Origin: Thermoplasmatota archaeon
Lineage (GTDB): Archaea > Thermoplasmatota > E2 > DHVEG-1 > B18-G2
NCBI GenBank assembly: GCA_029259115.1
Contig: JAPDJO010000034.1
Span: 1 to 59,936, forward strand
Reading direction: 5' to 3'
Length of the DNA stretch: 59,936 nt
This document shows positions 1-9,550 of this stretch, piece by piece. The notes under the pieces are model-generated. The model was not told the DNA's origin. It did not search any database and worked only from the letters and a program-made list of their open reading frames with translations. The position numbers and the translations under genes are program-made. Numbering within the stretch: position 1 is the first letter of the stretch; each line of letters starts with the position of its first letter.

Positions 1-203
1 AAAAGCAGGGGACCCCATGCTCTGGTTGCATAGCTGAAGATATAAACTATTGGAATTTCCCATACAGGATATTCCTTCAACTCGTGGTATTTATATACAG
101 GCGTCAAAGGCTCTCCAGTAATTTTTGAATATACTATTGTAGCTAAGCCAAGGACAAGCAATGCAGTTGGCACAACAATTTTAATCCATTTTTTTACCGT
201 CAA
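1..203 (-). CDS. Partial membrane protein, possibly a permease; runs off the window start
   Basis: GGAGGTGA SD then TTG start; reads MTVKKWIKIVVPTALLVLGLATIVYSK...RAWGPLL with a hydrophobic N-terminus. Absent from the ORF track. Confidence 0.6.
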   Translation of the reverse strand, partial: MTVKKWIKIVVPTALLVLGLATIVYSKITGEPLTPVYKYHELKEYPVWEIPIVYIFSYATRAWGPLL

Positions 204-287
204 TCAAATCACCTCCTAACTTTTTCAAATTTTTTTGAAATACTATAGGTGAAGCCTATATAAACTTTGCTGAATACTGGATAGTGG

Positions 288-1160
288 CTAAAGTATACCC
301 ATCCTCATTCCATGCCTTTTGCTGACCTCGGTACACATCCTGTAAATGGATTTTCTGTACTCTATATCGGGATTTGAGTTACGATACAAACTTCCGTACT
401 TCTCGAGCAGTTCCGGAAAGTGCAGTTCCAAGATTTTGAAGTAGAGCTTGCGCCCGGCGCCGTGCAGGGTGAGATCTCCAAAGAAAATATAGTCCACATC
501 AAGATCCTTTGCTGTTTTAACCATCTCCTCGATCTGATCCTCTGAGTCTGAGATGAAGGGGAGCAGGGGGATGAAGGCCGTACCGATTTTGAGGTCGTGT
601 TCCTCGATTTTCGATATCGCGTTCAATCTCTCTTTGATTCTCGGTGCGTTCGGTTCAAAGATCTTTCTCACATCTTCATCGAGGGTTGAGAATGAGAAGG
701 TTATCAGCGTGCCATCTCTCAGTTTGTGTTCTAGATCCTTGGGGAGTCTGGCATTCCCATCTATGGTTTTGAGGATATCCAGATCTCTAAGGATGAGTGG
801 AGATTTTGTGAGGCAGTGTACCGGGAAGCGATACTTTGCTATGATGTGAAGACACTTTCTGGTGAGATTATATTTCTCTTCTATGTGCATCCATGGTTCT
901 GTTGCGGAGCCAATGGATATGATACCGTATTCCTTCTTCTCCGCTCTCTTAGAAAGTTCGTTTTCAAGGAGGGATGGGGCGTTTATCTTCGCTGATACGC
1001 CATGCTTCATATCTCCGCCATACTTGCTTCCCCTGATATAACAGTAGATGCAGTTAAATGAACAGCCCAAATATGGATTCACCGAGTAATCATCCAGAAA
1101 CCATTCATCTCTCTTCTTGTGCTTGTTCAGGATGGATTTTGCGAGGATTTCTCTTACCAT
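288..1160 (-). CDS. Radical SAM protein, SplB/Rv2578c-like family
   Basis: NPYLGCSFNCIYCY CxxxCxxC motif, GSATEPW, LTKSPLILRDLD. Start placed at MVREI. Confidence 0.85.
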   Translation of the reverse strand: MVREILAKSILNKHKKRDEWFLDDYSVNPYLGCSFNCIYCYIRGSKYGGDMKHGVSAKINAPSLLENELSKRAEKKEYGIISIGSATEPWMHIEEKYNLTRKCLHIIAKYRFPVHCLTKSPLILRDLDILKTIDGNARLPKDLEHKLRDGTLITFSFSTLDEDVRKIFEPNAPRIKERLNAISKIEEHDLKIGTAFIPLLPFISDSEDQIEEMVKTAKDLDVDYIFFGDLTLHGAGRKLYFKILELHFPELLEKYGSLYRNSNPDIEYRKSIYRMCTEVSKRHGMRMGIL

Positions 1161-1262
1161 CCTTCTCACCGATTACTACCTCATCCTCTTAAAATAACCC
1201 CAGTAGATAAAACTGTCACAAACCTTTATCAAGCCATTCTTCCTTCACCAAATAGTGATAAC

Positions 1263-2087
1263 TTGCCCATAGAGATACCGTTTGACCCAGAATATGCAGA
1301 GAAAGTGATTAAGGAATTCATAAAGACCTACGTTGAGGTATTGGGAGCAAAGGGTGTCGTTATTGGTTTATCTGGTGGCATAGATTCAGCCGTGGTCTCT
1401 GTGCTCTGCAGAAAAATCCTTGGAAAGAGAAAGGTCAGGTGTCTCTTTCTTCCAGAGAAAGCAACACCAAAGAACGATATCAAACACAAGGAAATCCTGG
1501 TAGAGATGTTTGATCTCAATTGTAAAGACATCGATATTTCAGAAATCGTAGAAAACATATCAGAAATTTCTCCCGTAAAGCCTGATAAGATGGCACTTGC
1601 AAATATCAAAGCGAGAACCAGGATGATTTTCCTTTATGAATACGCAAACTCAACGAAGAGTATAGTCTGTGGAACCTCAAATAAATCAGAGTTGCTGATA
1701 GGATATTTCACGAAGTACGGCGACGGCGGCGCAGATATTATGCCAATCGGAGATCTCTACAAAACCCAGGTTTTCCAACTGGCAAGACATCTCGGTATAC
1801 CTGAGGAGATCATCAAAAAACCTCCTTCCGCTGGTCTGTGGAGGGGGCAGACGGATGAAAAAGAGATAGGGATAAGTTATAACATACTTGATCAGATTCT
1901 GTACGGTCTTGAGTTGAAGATGTCCCCGCATGAAATTGCTGAGAAAATACCTGTTTCTGTGGATGTTGTCGAGAGAGTCAGGGAGATGAGAGCAAAAAGC
2001 CAGCACAAGAGAAGAACCCCGCTCATACCAAAGATCGGGATAAGAACCATCGGTCTGGACTGGAGGTCTCCGGTTCTGGAAGGGTGA
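1263..2087 (+). CDS. nadE: NH3-dependent NAD+ synthetase
   Basis: GLSGGIDS, NIKARTRM, GTSNKSE, GYFTKYGDG and PPSAGLW motifs. TTG start at 1263 inferred. Confidence 0.93.
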   Translation: MPIEIPFDPEYAEKVIKEFIKTYVEVLGAKGVVIGLSGGIDSAVVSVLCRKILGKRKVRCLFLPEKATPKNDIKHKEILVEMFDLNCKDIDISEIVENISEISPVKPDKMALANIKARTRMIFLYEYANSTKSIVCGTSNKSELLIGYFTKYGDGGADIMPIGDLYKTQVFQLARHLGIPEEIIKKPPSAGLWRGQTDEKEIGISYNILDQILYGLELKMSPHEIAEKIPVSVDVVERVREMRAKSQHKRRTPLIPKIGIRTIGLDWRSPVLEG

Positions 2088-2162
2088 AACAACAGGGTGT
2101 TATCTCGAAATCAGAAAAGAGAAAGTATCACAACCATTATCAGATGTTCAATGAACTCGATG

Positions 2163-2178
2163 TTAACTAATTAGTTAA
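2163..2178. repeat. Perfect 16-bp palindrome
   Basis: TTAACTAATTAGTTAA between convergent nadE and phoU. Confidence 0.6.
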
Positions 2179-2315
2179 TAAGTTTTCTACCCAAATTGCA
2201 CATCATCTATCAGCCGTAGATAAGAATTTCCACCAGTACGTGTACAAACTCTTGCCTGCGCCTGCCGACGCACTAATTGAAATCATAATCTGAAAGCAGA
2301 ATATCTCTATCCGTG

Positions 2316-2963
2316 TTATTTGATCTCAACCCGTTCTCCAGTTACCATGTAATGCACTTTTTCAGCAATCTTGCATGCATGGTCTCCGCATCTTTCCAGA
2401 TAGCGAGCGATCATCATGTAATGCGCACATCTTGTGATGGTGGATGGATTCTCCATCATGTAGGTGATACATTCTCTGAATATTGACCATCTCAGCGCAT
2501 CTAAACTATCGTCCCTCTCCTCAAAATCCTTTATCAGAGATATATCCTCTGTCTCAAATGCTTTCAATGCGTCATCTATCATCCTGCACACCATCTCCGC
2601 CATATATGGAATCTCAACGAGTTTCGCCACGTGCGGCTTGTCGCTCAATTCTTTGGCAATATTTGCTATATCTTTACCATATCTTCCTATTCTTGTTAAG
2701 TAAGTGATGGCTTTCAAAATACAAGCTACAGTTCGCATATCTTTTGCCATTGGATGATACAGCGCCACAAGTTGTAGAGCTTTTTCCTCTATCTCCGCAT
2801 CCATATCTGCAAGTTTCTTCTTCCTGGAAATGACCTTTTCAGCAAGCTCGATATCTTGCTTTTTCAATGCCTCTACAGAATTCCGGAGCATCTCCTTTGC
2901 AAGTTCGCCCATCTTTATTACCCTTCTCTTCAATTCTTTCAACTCCTCATGCAACCTATCCAT
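2316..2963 (-). CDS. phoU: Phosphate signalling protein PhoU
   Basis: Two PhoU repeats (RIGRYGKDIA, LERCGDHACKIAE); last gene of the pst operon. Confidence 0.92.
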   Translation of the reverse strand: MDRLHEELKELKRRVIKMGELAKEMLRNSVEALKKQDIELAEKVISRKKKLADMDAEIEEKALQLVALYHPMAKDMRTVACILKAITYLTRIGRYGKDIANIAKELSDKPHVAKLVEIPYMAEMVCRMIDDALKAFETEDISLIKDFEERDDSLDALRWSIFRECITYMMENPSTITRCAHYMMIARYLERCGDHACKIAEKVHYMVTGERVEIK

Positions 2964-2974
2964 ATCATCTCCTC

Positions 2975-3742
2975 CTATACCAATACTCCCGTAACATATT
3001 TCTCCGTCAACTCATGCTTCGGCTTCTCAAAAATCTCTCTTGTTGGTCCAACCTCCACCAACTTTCCAAGGTAAAGAAAGCCAACATAATCACTTACCCT
3101 TGCGGCCTGCGCCGGCTCATGGGTTACGAGAACAATGGTGTAATCTTTCTTCAATTCAAATAGCAAACTTTCGATGTTCTTTGTTCCCATCGGGTCTATA
3201 TTTGCCGTGGGCTCATCCATGAGCAAAATCTTTGGTTTTAATGCGAGAGCCCTGGCTATAACAAGGCGTTGCTTCTGACCACCACTCAAACTTGATGGAT
3301 AATCTTCCAGCCTGTCTTTTACTTCATTCCATAATGAAGATTTCTCGAGTGCCCATCTCACTCTTTCATCCATCTCCTTCTTACTTCTTACAAGATGATT
3401 CAGTTTCAAACCTATGGCTACGTTATCATATATTGTGAGATGAGGAAATGGATTTGGATACTGAAAAACCATACCAACCTCTCTCCTTACATCGATTGGA
3501 TTCACATCATCTGCATAAATGTTTTTTCCAAAGATCATGACCTTTCCCTCCACCCTCGCATCCTTATTGAGCTCGAGCAATCGATTGAAGGCTCTGAGAA
3601 GGGTTGACTTTCCGCAACCGCTTGGTCCCATCAAAGCGAATACGGTGTTTTGTGGTATCTTCAAATTTATACCCTTGATAACCTCATTCTCGCCATAGTA
3701 GATTCTCAAATTTTCCGTCTCTATCGCATATCTGGTTTTCAC
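2975..3742 (-). CDS. pstB: Phosphate ABC transporter ATPase
   Basis: [25 protein letters not shown] start overlaps the pstA stop and follows GGAGGTG. Confidence 0.95.
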   Translation of the reverse strand: MKTRYAIETENLRIYYGENEVIKGINLKIPQNTVFALMGPSGCGKSTLLRAFNRLLELNKDARVEGKVMIFGKNIYADDVNPIDVRREVGMVFQYPNPFPHLTIYDNVAIGLKLNHLVRSKKEMDERVRWALEKSSLWNEVKDRLEDYPSSLSGGQKQRLVIARALALKPKILLMDEPTANIDPMGTKNIESLLFELKKDYTIVLVTHEPAQAARVSDYVGFLYLGKLVEVGPTREIFEKPKHELTEKYVTGVLV

Positions 3743-4572
3743 AGTTTCACCTCCCTTAAACTGAGCCTCACCGGTATGAATATCAGGAGGAAGATTAAAA
3801 GTAAAACAAGAGATGCTCCCCACGCCATTGCATGATCAGCCTTACTCGGGCTCTGGACAAGGGTGTATATAAGCAGAGGAACTGCTCCAACAGGCTGTGT
3901 TATAGATGTTGGATAGCTCTGATACAATCCACCGGCTGTGAAAAGCAGTGGAGCGGTCTCTCCGGCAACCTTTGCCATACCTATCAATACCCCAGTTAAA
4001 ATACCTCTCTTTGCAAGGGGAACGAGTATTTTGAATATCACTTTCATTCTTGATAATCCCAATCCAAAAGATGCCTCTCTGTAAGTGAACGGAATCTGTC
4101 TCATCGCTTCCTGTGTGTAGACTGCAACATAGGGCATCAATATTATTGCCAGAGCAAATGCTCCGGCAAATGCTGAGTAAGTTCCCATAGGAATTGCTAT
4201 CACGCTCATCGCGAAGACGCCAACCAGAATGGTTGGAAACTCAAGCATTATCTGGAGTAATGTCTTTGTTGCTCTCCCAATTTTACTATCTGGATATTCA
4301 TATGCATGGATTCCAACCAGCAATGCTACAGGGAGACCAATCAGTGATGACAGGAATATCAGGATGAATGTGCCTGCAATAGCTGGACCGATTCCGCCTT
4401 CGCCGAGCGTTCCTGTGATGAATGTAAAGCCTCTCTCCAAAATAACCGGTAGACCATTCATGAAAACTGTAACGATAATGTGGAACAAGGGTAAAATGCC
4501 AACAAATGTTAAGATAGATATGGCTAAGATAAAGAGGATTTCCTTTCCCTTTCTCAACCTATATTCTGACAT
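3739..4572 (-). CDS. pstA: Phosphate ABC transporter permease
   Basis: Multi-TM; [27 protein letters not shown]. Confidence 0.93.
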   Translation of the reverse strand: MSEYRLRKGKEILFILAISILTFVGILPLFHIIVTVFMNGLPVILERGFTFITGTLGEGGIGPAIAGTFILIFLSSLIGLPVALLVGIHAYEYPDSKIGRATKTLLQIMLEFPTILVGVFAMSVIAIPMGTYSAFAGAFALAIILMPYVAVYTQEAMRQIPFTYREASFGLGLSRMKVIFKILVPLAKRGILTGVLIGMAKVAGETAPLLFTAGGLYQSYPTSITQPVGAVPLLIYTLVQSPSKADHAMAWGASLVLLLIFLLIFIPVRLSLREVKL

Positions 4573-5539
4573 TCTCCTCCCACCTTTTCAGCAGATAAAG
4601 TCCAGCCACATTCACAATCAAGCCTATAATGAAGAGAGCCAAACCCCCTGCATACAAAACGGGGAGCATGTGCTCATAGATGAATGCGTTTCCAAACTGG
4701 TTTGCAATTAATGAAGAGATTGTGTAACCGGGTGAAAACAAACCCACGCTCAGATTGAATGTATTTCCTATGACCAAACTTACAGCTACTGTCTCTCCAA
4801 CTGCTCTTCCAAATGCCAGAATCAAACCAGAAAAAATGGCTGGTTTGATATAGCCAAGCAGAACCTTTGTAGCCTCATAACGTGTTGACCCTATCGATGA
4901 TATCGCCTCGCGATAGGTGAAAGGAATCATCTGATATGCCTCTCTTATTATTGCAGATGCAAATGGTGTTACCATTATGCCAAGCAGTACCCCTGCTGAG
5001 AAGTAGCTATAACCTGTTATCGGGGGGGAGGAGAAGATAGGAATGAATGATAGATGCTTGTACAAGGGCATCATAACGTATTTCTGAAGGAAAGGTACCA
5101 AAACAAAAGCTCCCCATATTCCATATATTATAGTTGGCAATCCAGCCATCATGTCGGAGACTATTATGAGGATATTCTTCACCCTCTTTGGAACATAATC
5201 CACGACAAAGATGGAGTACGCGATGGATATCGGAAGTGCTATTATTATGGCTATTAAAGATGTGTATACCGTTCCCCAGATTGCAGAGGCAAGCCCATAA
5301 TATTCATTACTCGCTTCTTCTGCAGCCTGCCACACATTCTCAAAATAAACCGATAATCCTTCTCTGATAAAGGCAGGCAATGCATTGTAAAAATATATTA
5401 CCAGCATCCATGCGAACAGCAAGAAAACAAAGATTACAGCGGGAATGGTTACCACTTTGAAGAGATCTACCTTTCCAGCGCTCTTCCTGAGATTACAATG
5501 GGAAAAGAAAAAATGGAGAGAGGTTTTGATGCTCGTCAT
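4559..5539 (-). CDS. pstC: Phosphate ABC transporter permease
   Basis: AGLPTIIYGIWG, GRAVGETVAV, TISSLIANQFG. Confidence 0.93.
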   Translation of the reverse strand: MTSIKTSLHFFFSHCNLRKSAGKVDLFKVVTIPAVIFVFLLFAWMLVIYFYNALPAFIREGLSVYFENVWQAAEEASNEYYGLASAIWGTVYTSLIAIIIALPISIAYSIFVVDYVPKRVKNILIIVSDMMAGLPTIIYGIWGAFVLVPFLQKYVMMPLYKHLSFIPIFSSPPITGYSYFSAGVLLGIMVTPFASAIIREAYQMIPFTYREAISSIGSTRYEATKVLLGYIKPAIFSGLILAFGRAVGETVAVSLVIGNTFNLSVGLFSPGYTISSLIANQFGNAFIYEHMLPVLYAGGLALFIIGLIVNVAGLYLLKRWEENVRI

Positions 5540-5546
5540 AATCTCG

Positions 5547-6653
5547 TTATTCCTGAATCATGTTTACCGCATTCAATCCAATCTGTGCCACCTCTTGAGG
5601 CAAAGTAACATAGCCGGGCGCCAGGTTCTCTTCTTTCTGTCCTTCTGTCAGAACCCATGTCAAGAAGTCCTTTATCGCCTTTGCTTCCTCTGATGAATAA
5701 TGTTTTCCATTCTTGTTCTGCCATACGAGCAGATGAGTAAATGCCACTATTGGATAGGTGTTATTCCCCTCAGCATCGAGAAGCTGCTTTATATCCTCTC
5801 TATAACCTTCTGTTGGGTCTGGAATAAATGAACTAACCTGGGATACTGCAGCCTGTATGGTTTCTGTGGTTGGCTTGACAAACCTTCCATTTTTGTTCTC
5901 TATGGATGCAACGGGCAGGTTCTCTTCGATGGCAAAGGATAATTCTGTGTAACATATGCTACCCTCCGTTTGTTTAAGAATCGCAACAACTCCCGGATTT
6001 CCCTTTCCAGCAAGACCCCGTCCCATCTTATCCACTGGCCAGTCAACGGTTTTTCCAGCTCCAACCTCATTTGCCCACTTCTCGCTTATCAAACTTAGAT
6101 AGGTTGTGAATATCGCTGTCGTTCCGCTTGAATCGCTCCTGTGGATTACCTTTATCTTTTCATGAGGCAAATCTGCATCTGGGTTCAGCTGTTTTATAGA
6201 TTCATCATCCCAGTACTCGATATCCCCTATGAAAATATCAACGAGAACCTCTCTGCTTAACTTCAACTCATCGATACCTGGCAGGTTATAGGCTACAACA
6301 ACCGCTCCAACGATCTCTGGAAATTGCAATGGTTGGTCTCCAGTGTTCAGAAACTTGTTCCATGTATCTTCTTTTACCGGAGGATCCGTTCTCCCTATGT
6401 GGGTTAAACCCTGCAGGAAAGCCTCCTGTCCATGCCCGGAGCCGCCGCCCTCGTATTCTATCTTTACATTTGGATGATTCTTTTGATATACATCTATCCA
6501 CTTCTGTATTTGATACTGTGGGAATGTTGCGCCAGTTGTGCGGATTGTGATGGTCTTGTTCTCGTTTGTGCATCCTGTTAGCAATAGGGTGGTGGATATG
6601 ATGGCGCTCGCGAGCATCACCAATATCAGTCTCTCTTTTCCTGTTCTCATCAT
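5547..6653 (-). CDS. pstS: Phosphate-binding lipoprotein
   Basis: Lipobox LLTGC; GATFP, GGGSGHG, HRSDSSGTT, GKGNPGV. Confidence 0.95.
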   Translation of the reverse strand: MMRTGKERLILVMLASAIISTTLLLTGCTNENKTITIRTTGATFPQYQIQKWIDVYQKNHPNVKIEYEGGGSGHGQEAFLQGLTHIGRTDPPVKEDTWNKFLNTGDQPLQFPEIVGAVVVAYNLPGIDELKLSREVLVDIFIGDIEYWDDESIKQLNPDADLPHEKIKVIHRSDSSGTTAIFTTYLSLISEKWANEVGAGKTVDWPVDKMGRGLAGKGNPGVVAILKQTEGSICYTELSFAIEENLPVASIENKNGRFVKPTTETIQAAVSQVSSFIPDPTEGYREDIKQLLDAEGNNTYPIVAFTHLLVWQNKNGKHYSSEEAKAIKDFLTWVLTEGQKEENLAPGYVTLPQEVAQIGLNAVNMIQE

Positions 6654-6675
6654 CGACCTCTGTAAAAGCTGGGTT

Positions 6676-6748
6676 TAATATATACCTTTTCGACATAGAA
6701 TATATTGCAATATATTGTAGCAATAGACATATATAGTAGTATATATTT
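6676..6748. promoter_or_regulatory. Divergent promoter region with palindromic ATATAT operator candidates
   Basis: Perfect AATATATTGCAATATATT (6699-6716) and ATATATA-GTAG-TATATAT (6729-6746) between pstS and the regulator. Confidence 0.55.
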
Positions 6749-6767
6749 TACGGATTGGGGCGAGATA

Positions 6768-7775
6768 ATGGAGATAAGAAAGGTTCAGGTTACGGGTGGA
6801 TCCAGTTACACCATCTCTCTTCCGAAATCTTGGGTGAAATCGCTGAACATAAAGAAAAATGATCCTTTAGGAATGATCATTCAGCCAGATATGACTTTGC
6901 TCATCACGCCCAACATAGATAAAAAGGAGGTACACAGAAAGATAGAGTTCGATGCTGATCATCTCTCAGAACCAGAGCATCTTTTCAGGTGTTTGATAGG
7001 GGCATACATCTCAGGATATACAATCATCAGAATAAAATCGAATAAATCAATACCACCAGCCGTAAGAGCAGCTGTCAGAAAGTTCACGCGCCAGGCGATA
7101 GGTCAGGAAGTTGTGGAAGAAACTCCTGTCTCTATCACAATAAAGGATATACTCAATCCCGAGGAGATGCCATTTGAAAACAGCATAAAAAGAATGTATG
7201 TCATTGTGAGGGGCATGCACAGAGATGTTATTAATGCTTTGAAAAACAGAGACAAATCGCTTGCAGAGGATGCGATTGCCAGAGATGATGAAGTAGATAG
7301 ACTGCACTGGTTGATTGCCCGTCAGCAGAATATCATATCAAAGGATCTAAGTCTTGCACAGAGGATGGGTATTGCCATGGGAGCTGGTACCAATTATTTC
7401 CTGATAAGCAAAATCATCGAACGCATTGGAGATCATGCGGTTAGAATTGCAAAGAATGTTGTTGACCTCATCGATAAGGATTTGGATGAAAAAATTGTTC
7501 ATGCATTGGAGGTTGCGAGCAATCTTGCGCTGGAGATGTTCGACAAAAGCATCAGATCTTTCTTTGAAGAAGACCTGGAAGCAGTTAATAAGAATATTGA
7601 ATCCCTATCTCGCCTTGCATCGCAGTGTAGAGATATCGACACACTCATATTGCAGCATGAAGGAGGAGTTGCGATCTCTGTGAGTCAAATCGTGGAAAGC
7701 ATAAAGAGAACAGGAGAATACTCTGCGGATCTATCTGAATATGCCATAAATTATCTGATCGAAAAACATGTGTAA
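6768..7775 (+). CDS. Archaeal phosphate uptake regulator (AbrB N-domain plus PhoU domains)
   Basis: MEIRKVQVTGGSSYTISLPKSW AbrB-like start; DDEVDRL and IERIGDHA PhoU repeats; divergent from pstS. Confidence 0.9.
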   Translation: MEIRKVQVTGGSSYTISLPKSWVKSLNIKKNDPLGMIIQPDMTLLITPNIDKKEVHRKIEFDADHLSEPEHLFRCLIGAYISGYTIIRIKSNKSIPPAVRAAVRKFTRQAIGQEVVEETPVSITIKDILNPEEMPFENSIKRMYVIVRGMHRDVINALKNRDKSLAEDAIARDDEVDRLHWLIARQQNIISKDLSLAQRMGIAMGAGTNYFLISKIIERIGDHAVRIAKNVVDLIDKDLDEKIVHALEVASNLALEMFDKSIRSFFEEDLEAVNKNIESLSRLASQCRDIDTLILQHEGGVAISVSQIVESIKRTGEYSADLSEYAINYLIEKHV

Positions 7776-7950
7776 GAAAGTGCATCGGTAGTGAGATAAG
7801 CGGATGATTGAGATTACCCAGTTCATCTCCTTTTCTACATCTTGCTGGTCAGATCAAACAAATGTATGTTTGATTTTCTTGGATAGAGCAACTCTCCAGT
7901 TTTGGAAGAACAGAATTTTTTAATATAAGAATTTTTATGATATTCTTATC

Positions 7951-8667
7951 GTGAAACACGGATTAATAACAGCTATGGTCATATCCCTCGTGATTATCTC
8001 GTCACCATCATTAGCCAAAAACCATTCCAGTAACCAAACCAGGATAGGAGTAGCTATAGCCTCTTACAGTAACGCTGGTATCCAAAGAGACCATTTCTAC
8101 AAATCTATCCCGAGAGAAAATATCGACCGCCTAACCCTTCAAATGTTGAGCTTTGAAGTTAAATACTCAGGTGCCGAGAAGATTGAACACCAGATAGATG
8201 CAATAAGGAAATATTTGGGTGTCGATCTGGCCAGATTTAAAGGTCAAGGGTTTCTAAAATCATCGAAGATTGGAAAGAAATCTCTTCTAATAGGCTTTCA
8301 CATGATAGTAGCCCATTTTACTCCAAATGGATGTATAAACGGTACGTGCTTTCCCTTTCCACCAATCGTTTATCGTACTTTCAACCGCTCATTTGAAGAT
8401 AATGGGAAACTCAGCGGTGTTGTTGGCATACTGCCTTTTTACATTGGTTATACTCGCTCGAAGGTATATGTTACTGTGATCGGCATAACATCAAAAGGTT
8501 TTGTATTTGATGGATCCTTCTCTCCGTTCTACGAGCTACTGATCCCATGCTCGGGAACATCAATAAGAGTCTACGAGGAAAAGAACGGGAAGAAAGAAAT
8601 CCTGTTTGAGTACAACCTAGATATATGTTGGTTTGGTGTTTTAGGAGGACACCGATCAGAGATCTAG
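7951..8667 (+). CDS. Hypothetical secreted protein
   Basis: Signal peptide-like N-terminus (SSPSLA); no recognised family. Confidence 0.65.
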   Translation: MKHGLITAMVISLVIISSPSLAKNHSSNQTRIGVAIASYSNAGIQRDHFYKSIPRENIDRLTLQMLSFEVKYSGAEKIEHQIDAIRKYLGVDLARFKGQGFLKSSKIGKKSLLIGFHMIVAHFTPNGCINGTCFPFPPIVYRTFNRSFEDNGKLSGVVGILPFYIGYTRSKVYVTVIGITSKGFVFDGSFSPFYELLIPCSGTSIRVYEEKNGKKEILFEYNLDICWFGVLGGHRSEI

Positions 8668-9546
8668 TTTTCTTCCCGTCAACCTCTCAAAAGCCTCCCT
8701 GTATCTTTTCTCGGTCTCTCTGATAACTTCCTCTGGAAGATGAGGCGGCGGGGAGTTTTTGTCCCATCCTGTGCTTGTAAGATAGTCTCTCACGTACTGT
8801 TTATCAAAACTGGGCTGTGGCTTTCCAGGTTCGTATTCATCCAAAGGCCAGAATCTTGAAGAATCAGGAGTGAGCAATTCATCCACGAGGATGATTTCTC
8901 CATCCTTTACACCAAACTCAAATTTGGTGTCAGCAATTATTATCCCTCTCTGGTATGCATAATCTCTCGCCTTCTCGTATATCTCTATCGATAGATCTCT
9001 CAGTTTCTCAGCAGTCTCTTTCCCAACCATATCCTTGAGTTGCTCAAATGTTATCGGTATATCGTGCCCCTTTTCCGCTTTCGTCGTGGGCGTAAATATG
9101 GGCTCATCCAGTTTCTCAGATTCCCTCAATCTCTTCGGTAACTTGACGCCACAGATCTCACCTTTCTCCCGATACTCCTTCCATCCAGAACCAGAAAGAT
9201 AACCTCTGACTATGCACTCAACAGGTATCACCTCTGTCTTCGTAACGAGCATGCTTCTTTTATCAAGAACATCCCGGTAATCCTTCAATTCATCCGGAAA
9301 ATCCTCAACATCTCCAGAAATAAGGTGATTATCCACAATCTTTTTCATTTTTTCAAACCAGAATATGGAGAGCTGGGTGAGATAAATTCCCTTGTTTGGT
9401 ATGGGGTCAGGAAGAACAAAGTCAAAAGCAGATATTCTGTCAGTTGCAACAATCAGAAGATTGTCATCGATCTCATAGATATCTCTGACCTTTCCTCTCT
9501 TAAACAACTTAAAAGGTAACTCCGTTTTATCTACAGCTCTCAGCAT
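8656..9546 (-). CDS. purC: SAICAR synthase
   Basis: GKVRDIY, TDRISAFD, ECIVRGYL, IADTKFEFG, TPDSSRFW. Confidence 0.97.
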   Translation of the reverse strand: MLRAVDKTELPFKLFKRGKVRDIYEIDDNLLIVATDRISAFDFVLPDPIPNKGIYLTQLSIFWFEKMKKIVDNHLISGDVEDFPDELKDYRDVLDKRSMLVTKTEVIPVECIVRGYLSGSGWKEYREKGEICGVKLPKRLRESEKLDEPIFTPTTKAEKGHDIPITFEQLKDMVGKETAEKLRDLSIEIYEKARDYAYQRGIIIADTKFEFGVKDGEIILVDELLTPDSSRFWPLDEYEPGKPQPSFDKQYVRDYLTSTGWDKNSPPPHLPEEVIRETEKRYREAFERLTGRKLDL

Positions 9547-9550
9547 GAAC

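Noticed and set aside
2203-2286. 27-aa minus-strand ORF with Walker-A-like ASAGAGKS
   Set aside because: Too short, no SD; probably chance.
7853-7874. 8-bp inverted repeat ATCAAACA/TGTTTGAT
   Set aside because: Short and AT-rich; cannot be distinguished from chance.
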